NCBI GenBank assembly: GCA_964188305.1
Contig: OZ076889.1
DNA: 64,000 bases
Reading direction: 5' to 3' (one strand)
From: Podarcis bocagei
Taxonomy: Eukaryota
The translations under genes were made by a program, and so were the position numbers. The notes under the pieces were generated by a model, which saw only the letters and a program-made list of their open reading frames with translations, was not told the DNA's origin and ran no database searches. Each line of letters starts with the position of its first letter. Position 1 is the first letter of the stretch. Shown here in pieces: positions 50,107 through 63,694 of the stretch.

Positions 50107-52469
50107 TGAGTGGGCCTTATTTATTTAAGGATGGTGCAACAGTGTGCAATCCTTAATGGTGGAGCTTCAGGGGCTTATGTTGTTTCTTTTTGCCCTCTTT
50201 ATAACCATGTTTTGCATTTCTTCAAATATGGCAGCACTACTCCTGCATATTTATATTCTCTGTTAATCATGACATCATGAGTGGAAACAGGGCAAGCCAA
50301 ACAGTGCTGAAGGGCAACAAAATCAATCCGAGCTTCTCATTAAAAGGTAAAAGCGTCAATAATCTTTGTCAGGCCTTTTTATCTTGTGGTTTAGCACACT
50401 GTGATCCCTTAGGCAACAACTGTTATTGAGATTTTAAAATGATCCTTGATTTCACATCTCCACCAGATTAACTCTTTGGCTACCTGATGAACATTAACAT
50501 TGCCACTTCCAGCACCTAAGGGCAGCCATGCAATAAAGCAGCAGCTTCCTGAAATCTGAGATCAGAAATTATCTGTGGCAGGTATCTAATACCAGTTGCT
50601 GTACAGCGAGAGTCAGCAAACACAAACTATGGCTCCCACCATCCCTTGCCATTGCCCATGCTTGTGAGTTTCAGTGCAGCAGCATCTGCAAGGGCCAAAG
50701 GTTCTCAACCCCTGCTGTAATGAATGTAATGGAACAATTTACATTTTGGAAAATAATTATTTTAGGTAATCCCTTCATTTTCACTTATTTTTCCTATTAA
50801 TCACAAAGTTTTAAACTTGTTTACCAGCTCTTTCCAAGGCTTACCCTTTTATGTAAATTTCTATTCTTTCCATCCATTTGTATCCTTAAAGGATGTACAG
50901 CCTGGTTCAACCACACAACCTTTTGCAGACAATTATCATGCTCAATATCCTCTTTCTAAATTAAAAACAGCAACCCTGTGATTTATTTTCCTGTTCTTTC
51001 CAAGTTCTGGGAGTGTGCCAAGCCACTGCAGTGGGTAAAAGAGGGGGAAAGATACTCAGGTGTACTGCAGGGGAGCCAGATGTCACTATTGAAAACCTCG
51101 CTTCTTGCACCTTTCTAAATCCCAATTGATGTTCTGCATGAATGGGACCATCCGAACACATTTAGAATTTTGTACTAGGTGAAATTCAGTGGCAACTATT
51201 CTATGATTGAGTGGGTTGCAGGACTGCTAGCCAGTGATCTCTGTCAAGCCCGGGTACTGCACATCTGACCCAAAATATTGCAGAGTAATATTACTGCTAG
51301 GTAGCATTTTGCAATTATGGAATAGGTGGCTTAAACTCTACAGTCTGACTCTCTCATACACAGAAGACAATGAAATGGATGACTGTTTTCCACTGCTATG
51401 TCAGATTCTTTATTTCATTCACAGAAGCAAAACTTCAGGAATTGCAGTAGTGAAAATGATTCTAAATTGTCACATTTTTCAATACAGCATTACATTGAAA
51501 CCTGTGTTTTTATCAACCTTCCACAGACACACTTTATTTTAGCTGAGTTGTGACTCCCTCCTGTATAGGATTAAAAATAAATACAGTTTCCTAAAAGTAG
51601 AACCTAGCCTCCTCCTCTAAAAGTGAAGAAATTCTGTTGAGAAAAAGAGAGAACAGAACAGCAACAGAATACAGTTTATAGGAAGTCTTATAAAAACTAG
51701 CATTCATTTATTAGACAACTCCCCTCTTGCAGGAAAACAGCATCTATCTACCAATGCAAAGGCACTTAACTTAATCAACAGCCTTCTTCTAGCAGTAGAG
51801 TATGAATGCAGAATTGCAGAATAAACATTCTGATTTATTACACTTGCTACAACTGGATAGCATTTTATGATAATTATATACACTGTACTTATATCATTGA
51901 AAGGGTTTTTGAAAATTCCCCCTCCCCCTTAAATGTTGGTTTTGGGTCACAAAAGCCTATATGTAGAAAATAATTTGTATTTGAAAACATTTAATTTGAA
52001 AAATTAATTATACAACACTTCCTATATTTGTGCTTTTTCATTCATCCTTACCAGGACCTTGTGAGGTCACTGTAGTTTATTTATAGAAGAAAAACTGAGA
52101 CAGATGATTAGATCAGCCAGTGAAGTTATGGCTGAGATGCATTTGGAACGAAAGTTTGCACAAAAGCCGTGTATTTTGCATACTCCAGTCATGTGTTCAT
52201 TGAACAACCAAAAAAGTAGGCTGTGCTCCAGGGAAATGGAATATGTTTTCTAGGGTAGGATGGGGGATGCTAGCTTATTCAATTAGGAAACCAAGCCATT
52301 TGAATTGCGTAGTCAAGACTTGTCCCTGTCTGCCACATAGCCGGCAGTAGAGATTATTGTAGGTTGAAGGCTCCTGCAGTTCTAGACCATGAGGAACGGT
52401 GCCTCCAAACCCCAGAATGGGAGCTAAATTTGGTGCCAACAAAGATGGTGGTAGCAAAATATTCCATGG

Positions 52470-52639
52470 GAAATGCTTCTGAATACCACTTGCTGGAAAC
52501 CACAGGAGAGGCGAGTGCTCTTGAGCTCAGGTCTTGTTTATGGGGTTCCAACAGGCATCTCACTGACCACCACGAGAAGAGAACACTGGGCAAGATGGGC
52601 CATTGGTCTGATCCAGCAAGCTCTTCTTCTGTTCTTATA
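52470..52639 (+). mobile_element. CR1 LINE 3' end
   Basis: Ends gatgggccattggtctgatccagca.gct.ttctt.tgttcttat. Confidence 0.8.
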
Positions 52640-53085
52640 TTTCAAAAGCCCCTGTCACTGGACTGTGCCACCACTATTGATATATATTTGGAGGAAGTAT
52701 CTGGTTCTACAGAACCTCTATAGACACTTCTGACTTTTGTGCAGCTGGAATTTAGCCTGCTAAACAGCACTTCACCCACTTTGCCTCTGGTCCAGTACTA
52801 CCATGTGGCCTCCAGACAGTTGTCTGGGAGGTAATGTGGCTCTAGGGCTGAAAAGAGTTTCCCACCCCTTTTCTACCTATTCTACCACATTCCACATTGA
52901 TGGGACCCACTGGGAGTTCCTTGCCCTCCGAAGCCTAGAGGTGGCATTGCAGCCCATACCAGCTCCAAAACAAAGTCAGTCTGCAAATACTGCAGCTAAT
53001 GCCTGCATAAAAGGGCATGGCAATAAGATCTAAGAATTTTCCTAATAGCAGGTATTGCATTCAAGATAATACAGAAAAAGGGCAA

Positions 53086-53088
<3 letters not shown>

Positions 53089-53132
<44 letters not shown>
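53089..53132. repeat. (AT)n microsatellite
   Basis: About 22 units. Confidence 0.97.
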
Positions 53133-53135
<3 letters not shown>

Positions 53136-54007
53136 GAATTATAGCCTATGCAAATGAACAAAAGAGGCTTCCAGTCTTGTTTCAGCCACCCCAATGCTGC
53201 CTTTTTTGCCAGCACTATGCAACCCTCTTATGGAAAGGGTCACACTGCTTTTCTTGATGTGGTCGGCTGGTGCATTACAAACATTCATTTCAGGACTAAA
53301 AGGCTAATGAAAGCATATAAATTTGTATCTATTAGTCTTTAGTCAGCATTCTGTCTCTGTCGAGGCTAAGCAAATGAATATTTTAACTGTGGCATTTAGA
53401 TTAATTTTATGCTGTAAATTGCCCATATTCACATATGAGATTTCTGGAGCTGATCTTTAACAAAAATTAACTCAAATAGAAGGCCACAGATATCTAGCAG
53501 ACTTCGCCGAGATTTATTTAAAAATTTTTTTTGCCATTGAGCCTACTTATGTAAATAAAACAGAACAGCTGAGCGACCAAATGCACAACAGCATTAGTCT
53601 TCAAATGTGGCATTTGAATAGACAACTGGGGGGGGGGGATCTATGGATGCACCTGACTGAGGGACTTGCATCAAAACTGTATCCAGAAAGCAGGTAATGA
53701 GAGGTTTTTGAAAATATTTTATTATGGGCATGATAAATAGTTCAGGACTAGATTCATATTACTGATTTGTCTCACGTCAAAATGCATGACCCTGTATTCA
53801 CTCCTACACACTCATGTGCACACCTACAAATGCACACAATAATTTGCATCACTTTATCTCTCCAAGACTCACATGTTTCCATGTACATCTGGTTTGTTTC
53901 TGATACATAAACAGATGCACCCTTTCCTTCTGGTACACGGGAGCAATTTCCCATCAAGTGGTAACAGTGGAATAGTGCAAAGAGAGAACCCTTTGCTATT
54001 TTTCCAT

Positions 54008-54010
<3 letters not shown>

Positions 54011-54064
<54 letters not shown>

Positions 54065-54397
54065 TTATTATTTATACCCCGCCCATCTGGCTGGGCCTCC
54101 CCAGCCACTCTGGGCGGCTTCCATAAAAACCAAAAATACAGTAAAATATCACACGTTAAAAACTTCCCTGAACAGGGCTGCCTTCAGATGTCTTCTGAAT
54201 GTCAGGTAGTTGTTTATCGCTTTGACATCTGCTGGAAGGGCGTTCCACAGGGCGGGCGCCACTACCGAGAAGGCCCTCTGCCTGGTTCCCTGTAGCTTTG
54301 CTTCTCGCAATGAGGGAACCGCCAGAAGGCCCTCGGCGCTGGACCTCAGCATCCGGGCAGAATGATGGGGGTGGAGACGCTCCTTCAGGTATACTGG
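54011..54397 (-). mobile_element. Young L2 LINE 3' end with long (TTA)n tail
   Basis: Intact C-terminal frame LRSSAEGLLAVPSLREAKLQGTRQRAFSVVAPALWNALP...FRRHLKAALF; CpGs retained; about 18 AAT units at the tail. Confidence 0.93.
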
Positions 54398-55679
54398 TAT
54401 ATTCAGGTATACCTGTATATACAGGTATATTCAATCAAAAATAAAGATGTGGAGAAAGAAGTCTGCTTCCTACCACATCTCTTCTCCTGCTTTCCGCAAT
54501 CATGGCTTCCAGCGTGGAACAAGATCCTTAGAAAAGAGCTCAGCATCTATTGAAACTGTTTTGGTGGGCAGGACCAGTTCAGGACATTTTTCTGCCCAAG
54601 GCAAAGCCCACATCCAGGTCATACAGGAGTGGACCTGACCGGCAGCTGACTCTAGTTTCAACACTCATGATGCTACAATGTCCTCCAGAGGACCTGAACA
54701 TAGGTGACTGGCTTTGGAGGTGCATGGCATGACAAGTGGCATCAACAGCTCTGTCCCCCAAACCTCTTTGCTGCTTCCAAGCATCAGTCACCTGGGACGG
54801 CCACTTCATCCTGCCTAATGATAGTGTTGGCCTTGCTGATAGGATTGCTTTCAATATCTGGACCAATCTGTGACATTTCTCTCTTTGAGATAGGCTTTCC
54901 TGACCCAATGCCCGCAATGGTCAGTCATCACTGATCATTGTCCATGGTGGCTGGGATAACTGGGATAACTGAAGTTGCAGTTCTGGAACAGCTGGAAGCA
55001 CTTGATATACCTTTATCTTCAGCCAAGCCTTTGGCCTGATCTCCTGTTTCCCTAGCCTCCTACAGCCTGATTTCCTATCATTCCTGACTGTCCCTGTCCC
55101 TCTATCTAAGTGTGACTATAAATGCCCTGTGCAAAATGCAGACTGTGCCACTTCTACATTCTGCAGAAGGCAGATATTAAACAGAAGAAGCAATGGCATA
55201 TATTTTTCTGTTTTTTTAAAAAAAGCTAGCCTACCATAAATAATCTTTGTAATACCTTCTGAAATGCTGATGTTGATAAAAGTGTGAAGAGCTTACATCC
55301 TCTTTTTCACTGATAACCATAAACAGTTACATTTTCCTAGCCTGTGTGTTTCAGTTGTATACCAAACCATATTTACTTGGGTGACTTGTGTGCAATGTAG
55401 AAACTAGTCAGAAGGCATGAGAATGATGCTCATTTGCTTCCTTGCCTTTGGCAAGCAGGGAGAAGTCAAGACTAACTGGAGAGATACCGTTCTACTATTA
55501 CAAATTTATTTTCCATAACAAGAAGCTGTCATTGTCCTGAGGATCCTGTATTTCTAAGATAAAGATGAAAAGATGTTCTTATCATCATGACAACCATATT
55601 TACTTCCAGCTTCCACAGCCATGTACAATATGTAGAACCATGTATTGTCACCGTACATTGAAAAACAGAGTAATGAGTT

Positions 55680-55713
<34 letters not shown>

Positions 55714-57384
55714 CTGAAAATAAAAGGCACCACTGGGAAAATAATGTAGAACAATCATTTTGAGTACCCCTAGGAAAGTATTTGACCCATATAGGCTGAC
55801 TCCAATATCGGATGGATGCATTTGCAATACTACTGCTTTTGAGGACCCATCTTTGACTGACTAGACATTTGGTGTGAAAAAGAGATCATTTGCAATTCAT
55901 CGTATGTCAGGCTTCAACTTTGCTTCATGTGTTAAGTGCAACGAATGTCTAATGCCCTATGAAAAGGCAGGCAACTCTGTTCAAACTTGTGTGCTTGAGT
56001 ATTCTATATGGGTGACGACTTGCATAAAAAGCATTTGCATTGATCAGGACTGGGTCTATCATGTACAGCAAGTGAACGTTGCTCGGAAAAAACTTGAATG
56101 TTCAGATCCTTGCAGCTAATCTGGAGTTTTGTCAGAACAGGCAAATAATTCAGGATAACCTCCTCTAGTAAACAGCTTAATCACATTTGTTATAAAACAC
56201 AGAAAAGCTGGGTTGGAGGCAATTTCTTTCACTTTTATATCATTATATATATGTCACATAACATTATGTTTAATGGCTTAACTTCCCCTTGTTTGAAGCT
56301 TCACTGGGGTGCTCTCCGTACCTTATTTTTAAAAATAAATTTCAAAGTGTCGGTGTCACTGCTTCAAACTATGGAGTAACAGCATCAGCCAAAAGGATAG
56401 CTGACATTTTTGTTGCCATAGAAACTACTCATGATGTTCCTTGGGCTTGCCTGGCTCCCTGTTTACCATACATCTTAGCCAGCTATTGAGCACACTCCCC
56501 TTTTGTTTCGCGAGGAATTACATTAAAATATAATTCCATCTTAGTGTAGTCCCCTTTTTGTTGCAAAGAGGATTACAGAATGTTAAGATACATACCAAGG
56601 AAAGTGCAAAGTGTTGATAATATTGCTGTATGGTTTTTGTGCGTTGTTTTTGGATTTTTTTGAAAAAGGAGAGGAAGAAACAGATAATGTTACTTATATT
56701 TTCTCTAAAAGATTTCAAGTTATTTGTCAATAAAGCACTCCTCAACTTCAACAGAGCAGTCAAAGAAGAGGCACTTGTGTGAATAACTAAAACCAAAAAG
56801 GAAAAAAAGAAAGGGCTCCATAGTTTTGTAATGCGTTATCAGATTTTACAACATGATATGGAAACTCCTTAGCACTCCTATCAAGTATCTTCATACAGAG
56901 AGGTCCCACTGACCGTAGAGAAATTTTCTCAGAGTTAAGATGAGAAGTCTCACAAGACAGATGTGTATTGTAACACAAGTTGTCTTATATTCCAATCCAA
57001 AGAGCTGACACATTGACATAGACTCTTGCAATAGATCCCAAGCACTGACACAATGGAATACTTCATCCCCTTGCACCGTTATAGATGCCTTCTGTTAGTG
57101 CAGTAGCCAACTACTGTGCCACCACTTTCCTGAGACTGCTGCATGTTACTGCTACTGACCAGTAGGCCACAGACAGGCTACATGTTACTTACAGTAGAGC
57201 AGCCATGTTGATATCTTTAAGCAAGTGCCAGCCAACAGGAATGTGTGATACTTGTGTGGAGAGATACAGGAACTCTATGTGGTGAACTTCTCTATGTTTC
57301 ATCCCCTCTTTTGTAGTGGCTGCTATTTGGAAACATTTCCTGGTGACTTCTTTACAGTAGAGGTAATGTTAGTTGAGATACTTT

Positions 57385-57438
57385 CATTGCAGGGGGTTGA
57401 ACTAGATGATCCTCAGGTTCCTTCCACCTCTATGATTC
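57385..57438 (+). mobile_element. CR1-type 3' terminus
   Basis: cattgcagggggttgaactagatgatcctc.ggt.ccttcca.ctctatgattc. Confidence 0.75.
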
Positions 57439-57791
57439 AAAGACTTGGGAGAATAGAAAGAATCCCCTGCTGCCAGCTCTGAGAATCCTGAGGGGAGCCT
57501 CCCCTGGGCTGCCTCTTGAAGAAACTCTCTTATGAGCCCTCAGGCTGAGCTCCAGGCAGCAGATTGGTCAGGGATAGGTCAAGTCACCTTACAGTCCTCA
57601 AGTGTGCAGGCATCTAAAGATTCAAATCTTGGCCGCAGGCCTACAACAAGGTGCATGCCTGAAGAACTCAAGGTCATTGTAATGGAGGTATAAAGAGCTG
57701 CTTGAGAGAATGGGTACATTTCAAGAGGAAGGGCTATCAGAACACATCAGTGGCAGATGGGATTAGGGATCCCCCCTGGGAGGCCTTTGAG

Positions 57792-57927
57792 CAGGCATAT
57801 GCAAACTCAGCCCTCCAGATGTTTTGGGACTACAACTCCCATCACCCCTGACCACTGGTCCTGTTACCTAGGGATGTTGGGAGTTGTAGTCCCAAAATAT
57901 CTGGAGGGCCGAGTTTGCCCATGTCTG
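57792..57927. mobile_element. Palindromic hAT-type MITE (136 bp)
   Basis: CAGGCATATGCAAACTC / GAGTTTGCCCATGTCTG; perfect 8-bp TSD CCTTTGAG at 57784-57791 and 57928-57935. Confidence 0.94.
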
Positions 57928-58359
57928 CCTTTGAGCTTCTGAGTTGCTGGAACAGCACATGTACTCTGTACAACTTAGCTGCTTGTTCTGGCTTCCTAGC
58001 CTTCCTGATCTTGTGCTATTGGCCCCTGGATCCCTGATGATGGAATACTGCCTACTTTTGGACTGTCTGCGTTATCTTTGTTGTACGACTCTGCTATTGG
58101 ACCATGCCTGCTCTTGGACTGCCTCACTGTACTTAATATCGGCTTTGCAAGACAATGCATTTCTCAGTTGCCCTGATATCTGACTGCTACCAGAACAAGG
58201 CAGGGCATTCACATACCAGCCAAATCGTGGGGATGTGGCTGTGAGGCACACTGTGCTAGCCCATGTGGTGATCATCTGAACCACTCGTGTAATGAGACCA
58301 TACATATGACAGTATATTGATATAGAGTATTCATGAGCTATGTTGATTCATACAAAAAT

Positions 58360-58384
58360 TGTGTGTGTGTGTGTGTGTGTGTGT
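58360..58384. repeat. (TG)n microsatellite
   Basis: About 12 units. Confidence 0.95.
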
Positions 58385-61300
58385 TATATTCATAAGAATA
58401 TTATACAATACTACTTTTTAAGAAACACACCATTTAAAATATATAAAATAATGAATATATATTGAAATGTTCTGCAAAATGCTCAGTGTGAATGGCCTCC
58501 CTGCTCCTCTGGGCTGGACGACGCTCTGCCTGGGCTGGACGAAAATGGAACTGAGTTTCTCAAAGCAGTTACTTGCTACCACAGCTAGTGGAACCAGAGA
58601 AATTTGAATGCCACACCATGCAGAGAGCGTAGTAAATTGTTTTCCAAACAAAACCAGGCGACACAAAGAGGCACGTTTTCAAACAATGCAAGTTTCAGCA
58701 AAAGCTGCATGTTGGTCTGAATTTCCTGGGTTTGACTAGCAGGTTAATTTAGCATGCTCTGTTGCATCAGTTTGTTGAGTTATGCTATGTAGCAAGCTGT
58801 CACACTGTAGAAAGCATGACGTATCATCCCAGTGAGGCATGAAATTAGAAAGATGTGCCTTGCTGGGTGAACCCTGGATCAACCAAACTTGATTTTCACT
58901 CAAACCACGGTTTTCGTTTTCTTCAAGTTTTGCGAAGCAAAAACAAATACTGTAGAGAAACGCCCCTAGCTCAGCAGTGCCAAGACCCTGGCTCCACACT
59001 GGCATGTTCCCCATCAAGTATATACATCTATTTGGATATCAGGAACTACAGAGGAAGCAGTAGGGAAAAGAAGGGCCTGAGTTGTTGCATAAGCTCTACC
59101 AAATAACCCTCATCTGCCTCAGAAACTGACAATTCCTATTGTTTGCTTTGGCTATTAAGCAGATTTCAATACAGTGCAGGTTATTATTTTTATCATGTGG
59201 ACTATTTATTATATGAAATTTTATATAGACCAATCCCCAATCAACCCACTTAATGGAGGGGGGGGGGATACAAATGAAGTAAACAATCACAATATTAGTT
59301 TGGATCCAAAGATGCCCTTCTATGACTAGAAGAGCTGCTTCTATATGCAGGAGGATGGGCAATCCATTGGAGGCAGCCATAGACCAAAAGCTGGAGTAGA
59401 AATTTCCCCCAGCAGTTTTATGTGCTATTTCCAGTGCTGTTTCAGAGGTCCTCCAACGTGTTCAAGGGGCTCAGGAGAAAGGGACAAAAGGCAAAAATCT
59501 CAGACAAGCATCCATCTGTGAATGGAATGCTTGATCATGGGATCTCTGGCTCCAACCGTGTGCAGAGACATGCCTCAGGTTTATATGCAACTCTGGCTTG
59601 CTTAGTTTTGTATTGCTATGTCACCCCATGCTTCTTATAATTTGAACTGAGTATATAATTGCTGGCACAGTATTTTAAAGGCAGGGGACAAATTTCCCTT
59701 TCAGCCTATTTGACTACTAATTAAAGCAAGATATATATATAGGCTGCAGGTGAGAACTGCAAATGTTTTTTTCTAAAAAAAATGACACAGGTCTCCAAAT
59801 GTGAGAAATTCCCAACACAGATAATTGGGGGGGGGGGCTTTGATTCACTGTGTTTGACAAGTACAGGGGGGGAAATTGGTTTAGTATGTCTGACATGTGA
59901 ACTCAGAAGGCAGACCTGCTGAGTTCAATGGTGCCAGGTACATGGGCCTAGACCTGCAACCTAATTGTAGAAATGTAACAAAGAAAAAGATATTTTGCTT
60001 TATCCATGTCTGACAATTGAGAGAAATGGATGAATGTATCCAAGAATAATCCAAATCAATAAAACATGTGGGAACTCATTAATATCTATTATTCAAATAT
60101 TATGAACCAGAAACATATGCATTTTAAAAAATGTTTTAAAGTGTTTAAATTTCAATAAAACACCTAAGCACCATTTGATAAAATGCACTTTCTGCACTAT
60201 TATTACGTGAATCTTTGTTTTCCACAAAATTCCTTCATAATATAGCATTTCTCATTTCAATATTTTTTTAAGATAAAAAATAAACCATCATACTGAATAT
60301 GTGCTTTAAGCAAACCTAATAAAACTGTACTTCAAACAACCTTTGCTGAGCCTGTCACTGATAGAAATGTTGTCCTTCAGTTGGTATTGCATCCCTCATT
60401 TCCTTTCATTTATAAAGTTGAGCTGACATTAAGTTTGGTTAATTTCATATATGTGCCTCTAGTTTCTTCAGTCTGGCTTTACAGTTTCCATGTACATTTG
60501 AGGATTTAGAGTGAATTACTGGGCAGAGCTTGACTTCTGACTAGGAATCTTATTAAAGCATTGCCTCAGGGAAGGGTTTTTAATGCAGCATAAATTATCG
60601 TGTCAGTTTTCAGCGACAGCATGGTATTTGCCTTCTTTTTTTGTCTTCTTTCCTCTGTTAACTTTTGAATAACACAGTGTGCAAGCTGTCAGATGAGTAG
60701 GGAAGAGATGGGGGGGGGTCTGTAAAGCATAGAGGTTGATATGTGCAAATGCACACACGAACACACATAGCTGAATGAAGAATGCATTGCCAATTTACTT
60801 AGAATGGGCCTGCCAAAAATGGGCATTATACTTACCTTCCTGCTCTTTAAAATTATTTGGCTGAGGTACATAAGAAGAACTCTCTACAGATTATAAACCT
60901 TTTTTTTCCAAGGCCTATGCATGTGCATTTAGGATACAAATTTATAGCTCAAATACACACGGGTTTTTTTTTTGTTTTTTTTTGAGGGGGGGATCAAAAT
61001 CTAGAATTAGGCATGACCTGTATGAGGTCCAATTAAAATACCACACAGTACTAAGCAAGCTTTTCAGTTGTCTAGAACTTTTAATCAGACTGGATTCAAC
61101 TAAAATAAATTAGGGCAATAGAGAAAGCTGGCTGAATGTTGAAGCCAGAAAGTCCATGGAACTTTGTGGGACTTACTCCAGCTAAAATCAGGCTGCATTA
61201 GGAGGAACATACTCTGGATATAAAGGTGTCAAGACATTTCCACAGTGCAGTAACTGAACTATCTCTTATTGGGAGGATTCTCACATAATGCTAAAGTACA

Positions 61301-63087
61301 ATCTAGCATTAAGAGCTCTTCAGTGAACCTAAGAGTCTAATGATCTCCTCCTCCCATCTTCTCCTCCAAGATGGTCAAAAGCAGGGCTTTTTTTTCAGCT
61401 GAAGTTACCAGCACCTCTCAGGTTAGTGCCATTGCCATTATAAGAAAACAAGGGAGGTGTTCATTTTCAAATCTTCACGGATTGAAGTCCCCACTTCTTA
61501 ATATTGTAGAAGACCCTTAGGTGTGTTCTAAGTTGAATGGTCAGTTTACATGGCTGGCTGGCTGGCTAGGCCTACTGGGCTTTTTCATTACCTTGCATGA
61601 ACACTGCTGCAGCTGTATATTGCAGAGGAAGATTAGGAGCAAGTCATATTTCAGAAAAACTTGACTGCCATTTTTGATCCTTCTATTGAGGAACCCCTAG
61701 TGAACTTCCAAAGAAGCCCAGGGTTCATTCCTGGAACAAGAATGTTTGAAAAATTTGTATGTATTGAGTTGACATGGATACTGTTTTGAATAACAATTAA
61801 GGCACTGACAGAGCACTTTGAGGTTTAGGATAACCATTAGTTCCCAGCATAGTGTGTAGGAAGAGGGGTAATGCACAAGGGCTGTAAACCCAAACACAAA
61901 ACCCATGGGGTCTTCAAAAGGCCCCCACGCTATTTTTCATAATGGAGTGCTAATTAGAACTGAGTGACTAATTCACAGAGAAAATAATGTATTAAATGTG
62001 TTCTCAGCCCGTTTTGCCATTTGTAAATTGTCTGCCAGTAGCTTGTGGGTATTATTCTTTATTACCTACTGACTTAACTTTGTGAGTAAATCATGGCCTG
62101 TTGAATCAACTGAAGTAGTTAATCATGAATCCCAAGTAGTCAAGCTGTGTCAGCTAAATAGATCATATATTTTATTTTTGTTCACTGATTATAAAAGCAT
62201 AACTCAATGAATCAAGTTCCCATTGCTCTCACTGCATAATTCACTTTGTGCAAACATTTTCTCTTGTTTGCATAACCTTTCCCTTTATGATGCATGTGCC
62301 ACATATAAAATATAAATAAAGAAAAAAATAGGGTTTCCGGATTTGAAGAATATTTTGCTTTTGGTTTATCTGAGAAGTGGCATAGCCAAATTCTTAGAGC
62401 AGTGGCCTCCAATATCACTGGGAATTGAGGCCTTCCACTCTTAACATTATTATTAGTGGTGGTGGTAGTACAGTAATAACAATCATAACAATAATTTGTA
62501 CAGGGCTATTTGCATATGTGGTGCTTTATAAAGAACAATTTCACAGGTTCCTTTCCCAAGGGGGCTTGCCATTTAATATAGACACAGGAGAACAAGAGCG
62601 GAGGTAATCAAAGCAGGGCTAAGCATGAGAAAGAACAGAGTATTATTTTAAACTACACAATTTTGGCTGTGATACACTTGGATCTTGGAGTAAGTGGGGT
62701 TATTCATGTTACATAATCACAACTTATAGAACTACCACCAGGATACAATTTTCATGACAGACATTTGGTGTAGAACAGGAGTGGGGAACTTCAGGGCCAG
62801 GGGCCGAATCTGGCCCCCCAGGCCTCTCAATCTGATCCTTGGGACTCTCTCCAAACCACACCCCTTCTCCAGACACACTCACTCACTATAGACCAAACCT
62901 GTCACCAGCCCTACTTATCCCCTTCTTTAATGCATTTGCCTGGCTGGAATGTACTCCTGAGCTCTGATAACGCCTCTTACTTGCCTGGACAGAGGACAGA
63001 GAGGGGTATGCATAGAAACTAGCCCACTGTACAGAAGTACCATTTGTATTCATTGCCCCACCACCCATTTCTGCCTATGCCCCTGCC

Positions 63088-63694
63088 CAGTGGTGGAGAA
63101 ACCCTCTCCGGCACACGGGGCAGGATGCCGAGGAGTGGGGCGAACTGCCCAGTGACGCACGTGTGGCAGTCCGTACAATCGCCGTGCGAGAGGCAGCCTG
63201 AATGGACACCCATACAGCATTGTTCCAGTATACCTGAAGGAGTGTCTCCACCTCCACCGTTCTGCCCAGACACTGAGGTCCAGCACCGAGGGCCTTCTGG
63301 CAGTTCCCTCACTGTGAGAAGCCAAGTTACAGGGAACCAGGCAGAGGGCCTTCTTGGTAGTGGCAGCCACCCTGTGGAACGCCCTCCCACCAGATGTCAA
63401 AGAGAAGAACAATTACCAGACTTTTAGCAGACATCTGAAGGCAGCCCTCTTTAGGGAAGCTTTTAATGTTTTACAGACCACTGTATTTTAATACTCTGCT
63501 GTAAGCCGCCCAGGGTGGCTGGGGAAATTCTATTCTATTCTATGGACAGCACATGAGAGTGGCATCCCATATGGACTGCGTGCGCCCTCGGCTGCTCTAC
63601 AGCAGGGGGGAGACAGGGACCATCTTCTCTCCCCCCCCCCAGAGTGGCACCTGGGTCAGTCCACCCCCTCCGCCCCCCACTTCATACACCCCTG
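63088..63694. mobile_element. GC-rich hAT (Tip100-like) non-autonomous element
   Basis: Ends CAGTGGTGGA / TACACCCCTG; perfect 8-bp TSD CCCCTGCC at 63080-63087 and 63695-63702. Confidence 0.82.
63225..63542 (+). mobile_element. L2 LINE 3' end (same subfamily as 54011) ending in (TTCTA)3
   Basis: Colinear with the reverse complement of about 54085-54397. Confidence 0.92.

Noticed and set aside
53869-54295. Poly-Asn / poly-Leu ORFs
   Set aside because: Translation of the (AAT)n tail and antisense strand of an L2 element.
60836-60860. Possible 25-nt minus-strand microexon (ttcttcttatgtacctcag ... AAG/GTAAGTA)
   Set aside because: Good-looking sites, but the length is not a multiple of 3, no partner exons were found, and such matches are expected by chance in 64 kb; needs RNA-seq.
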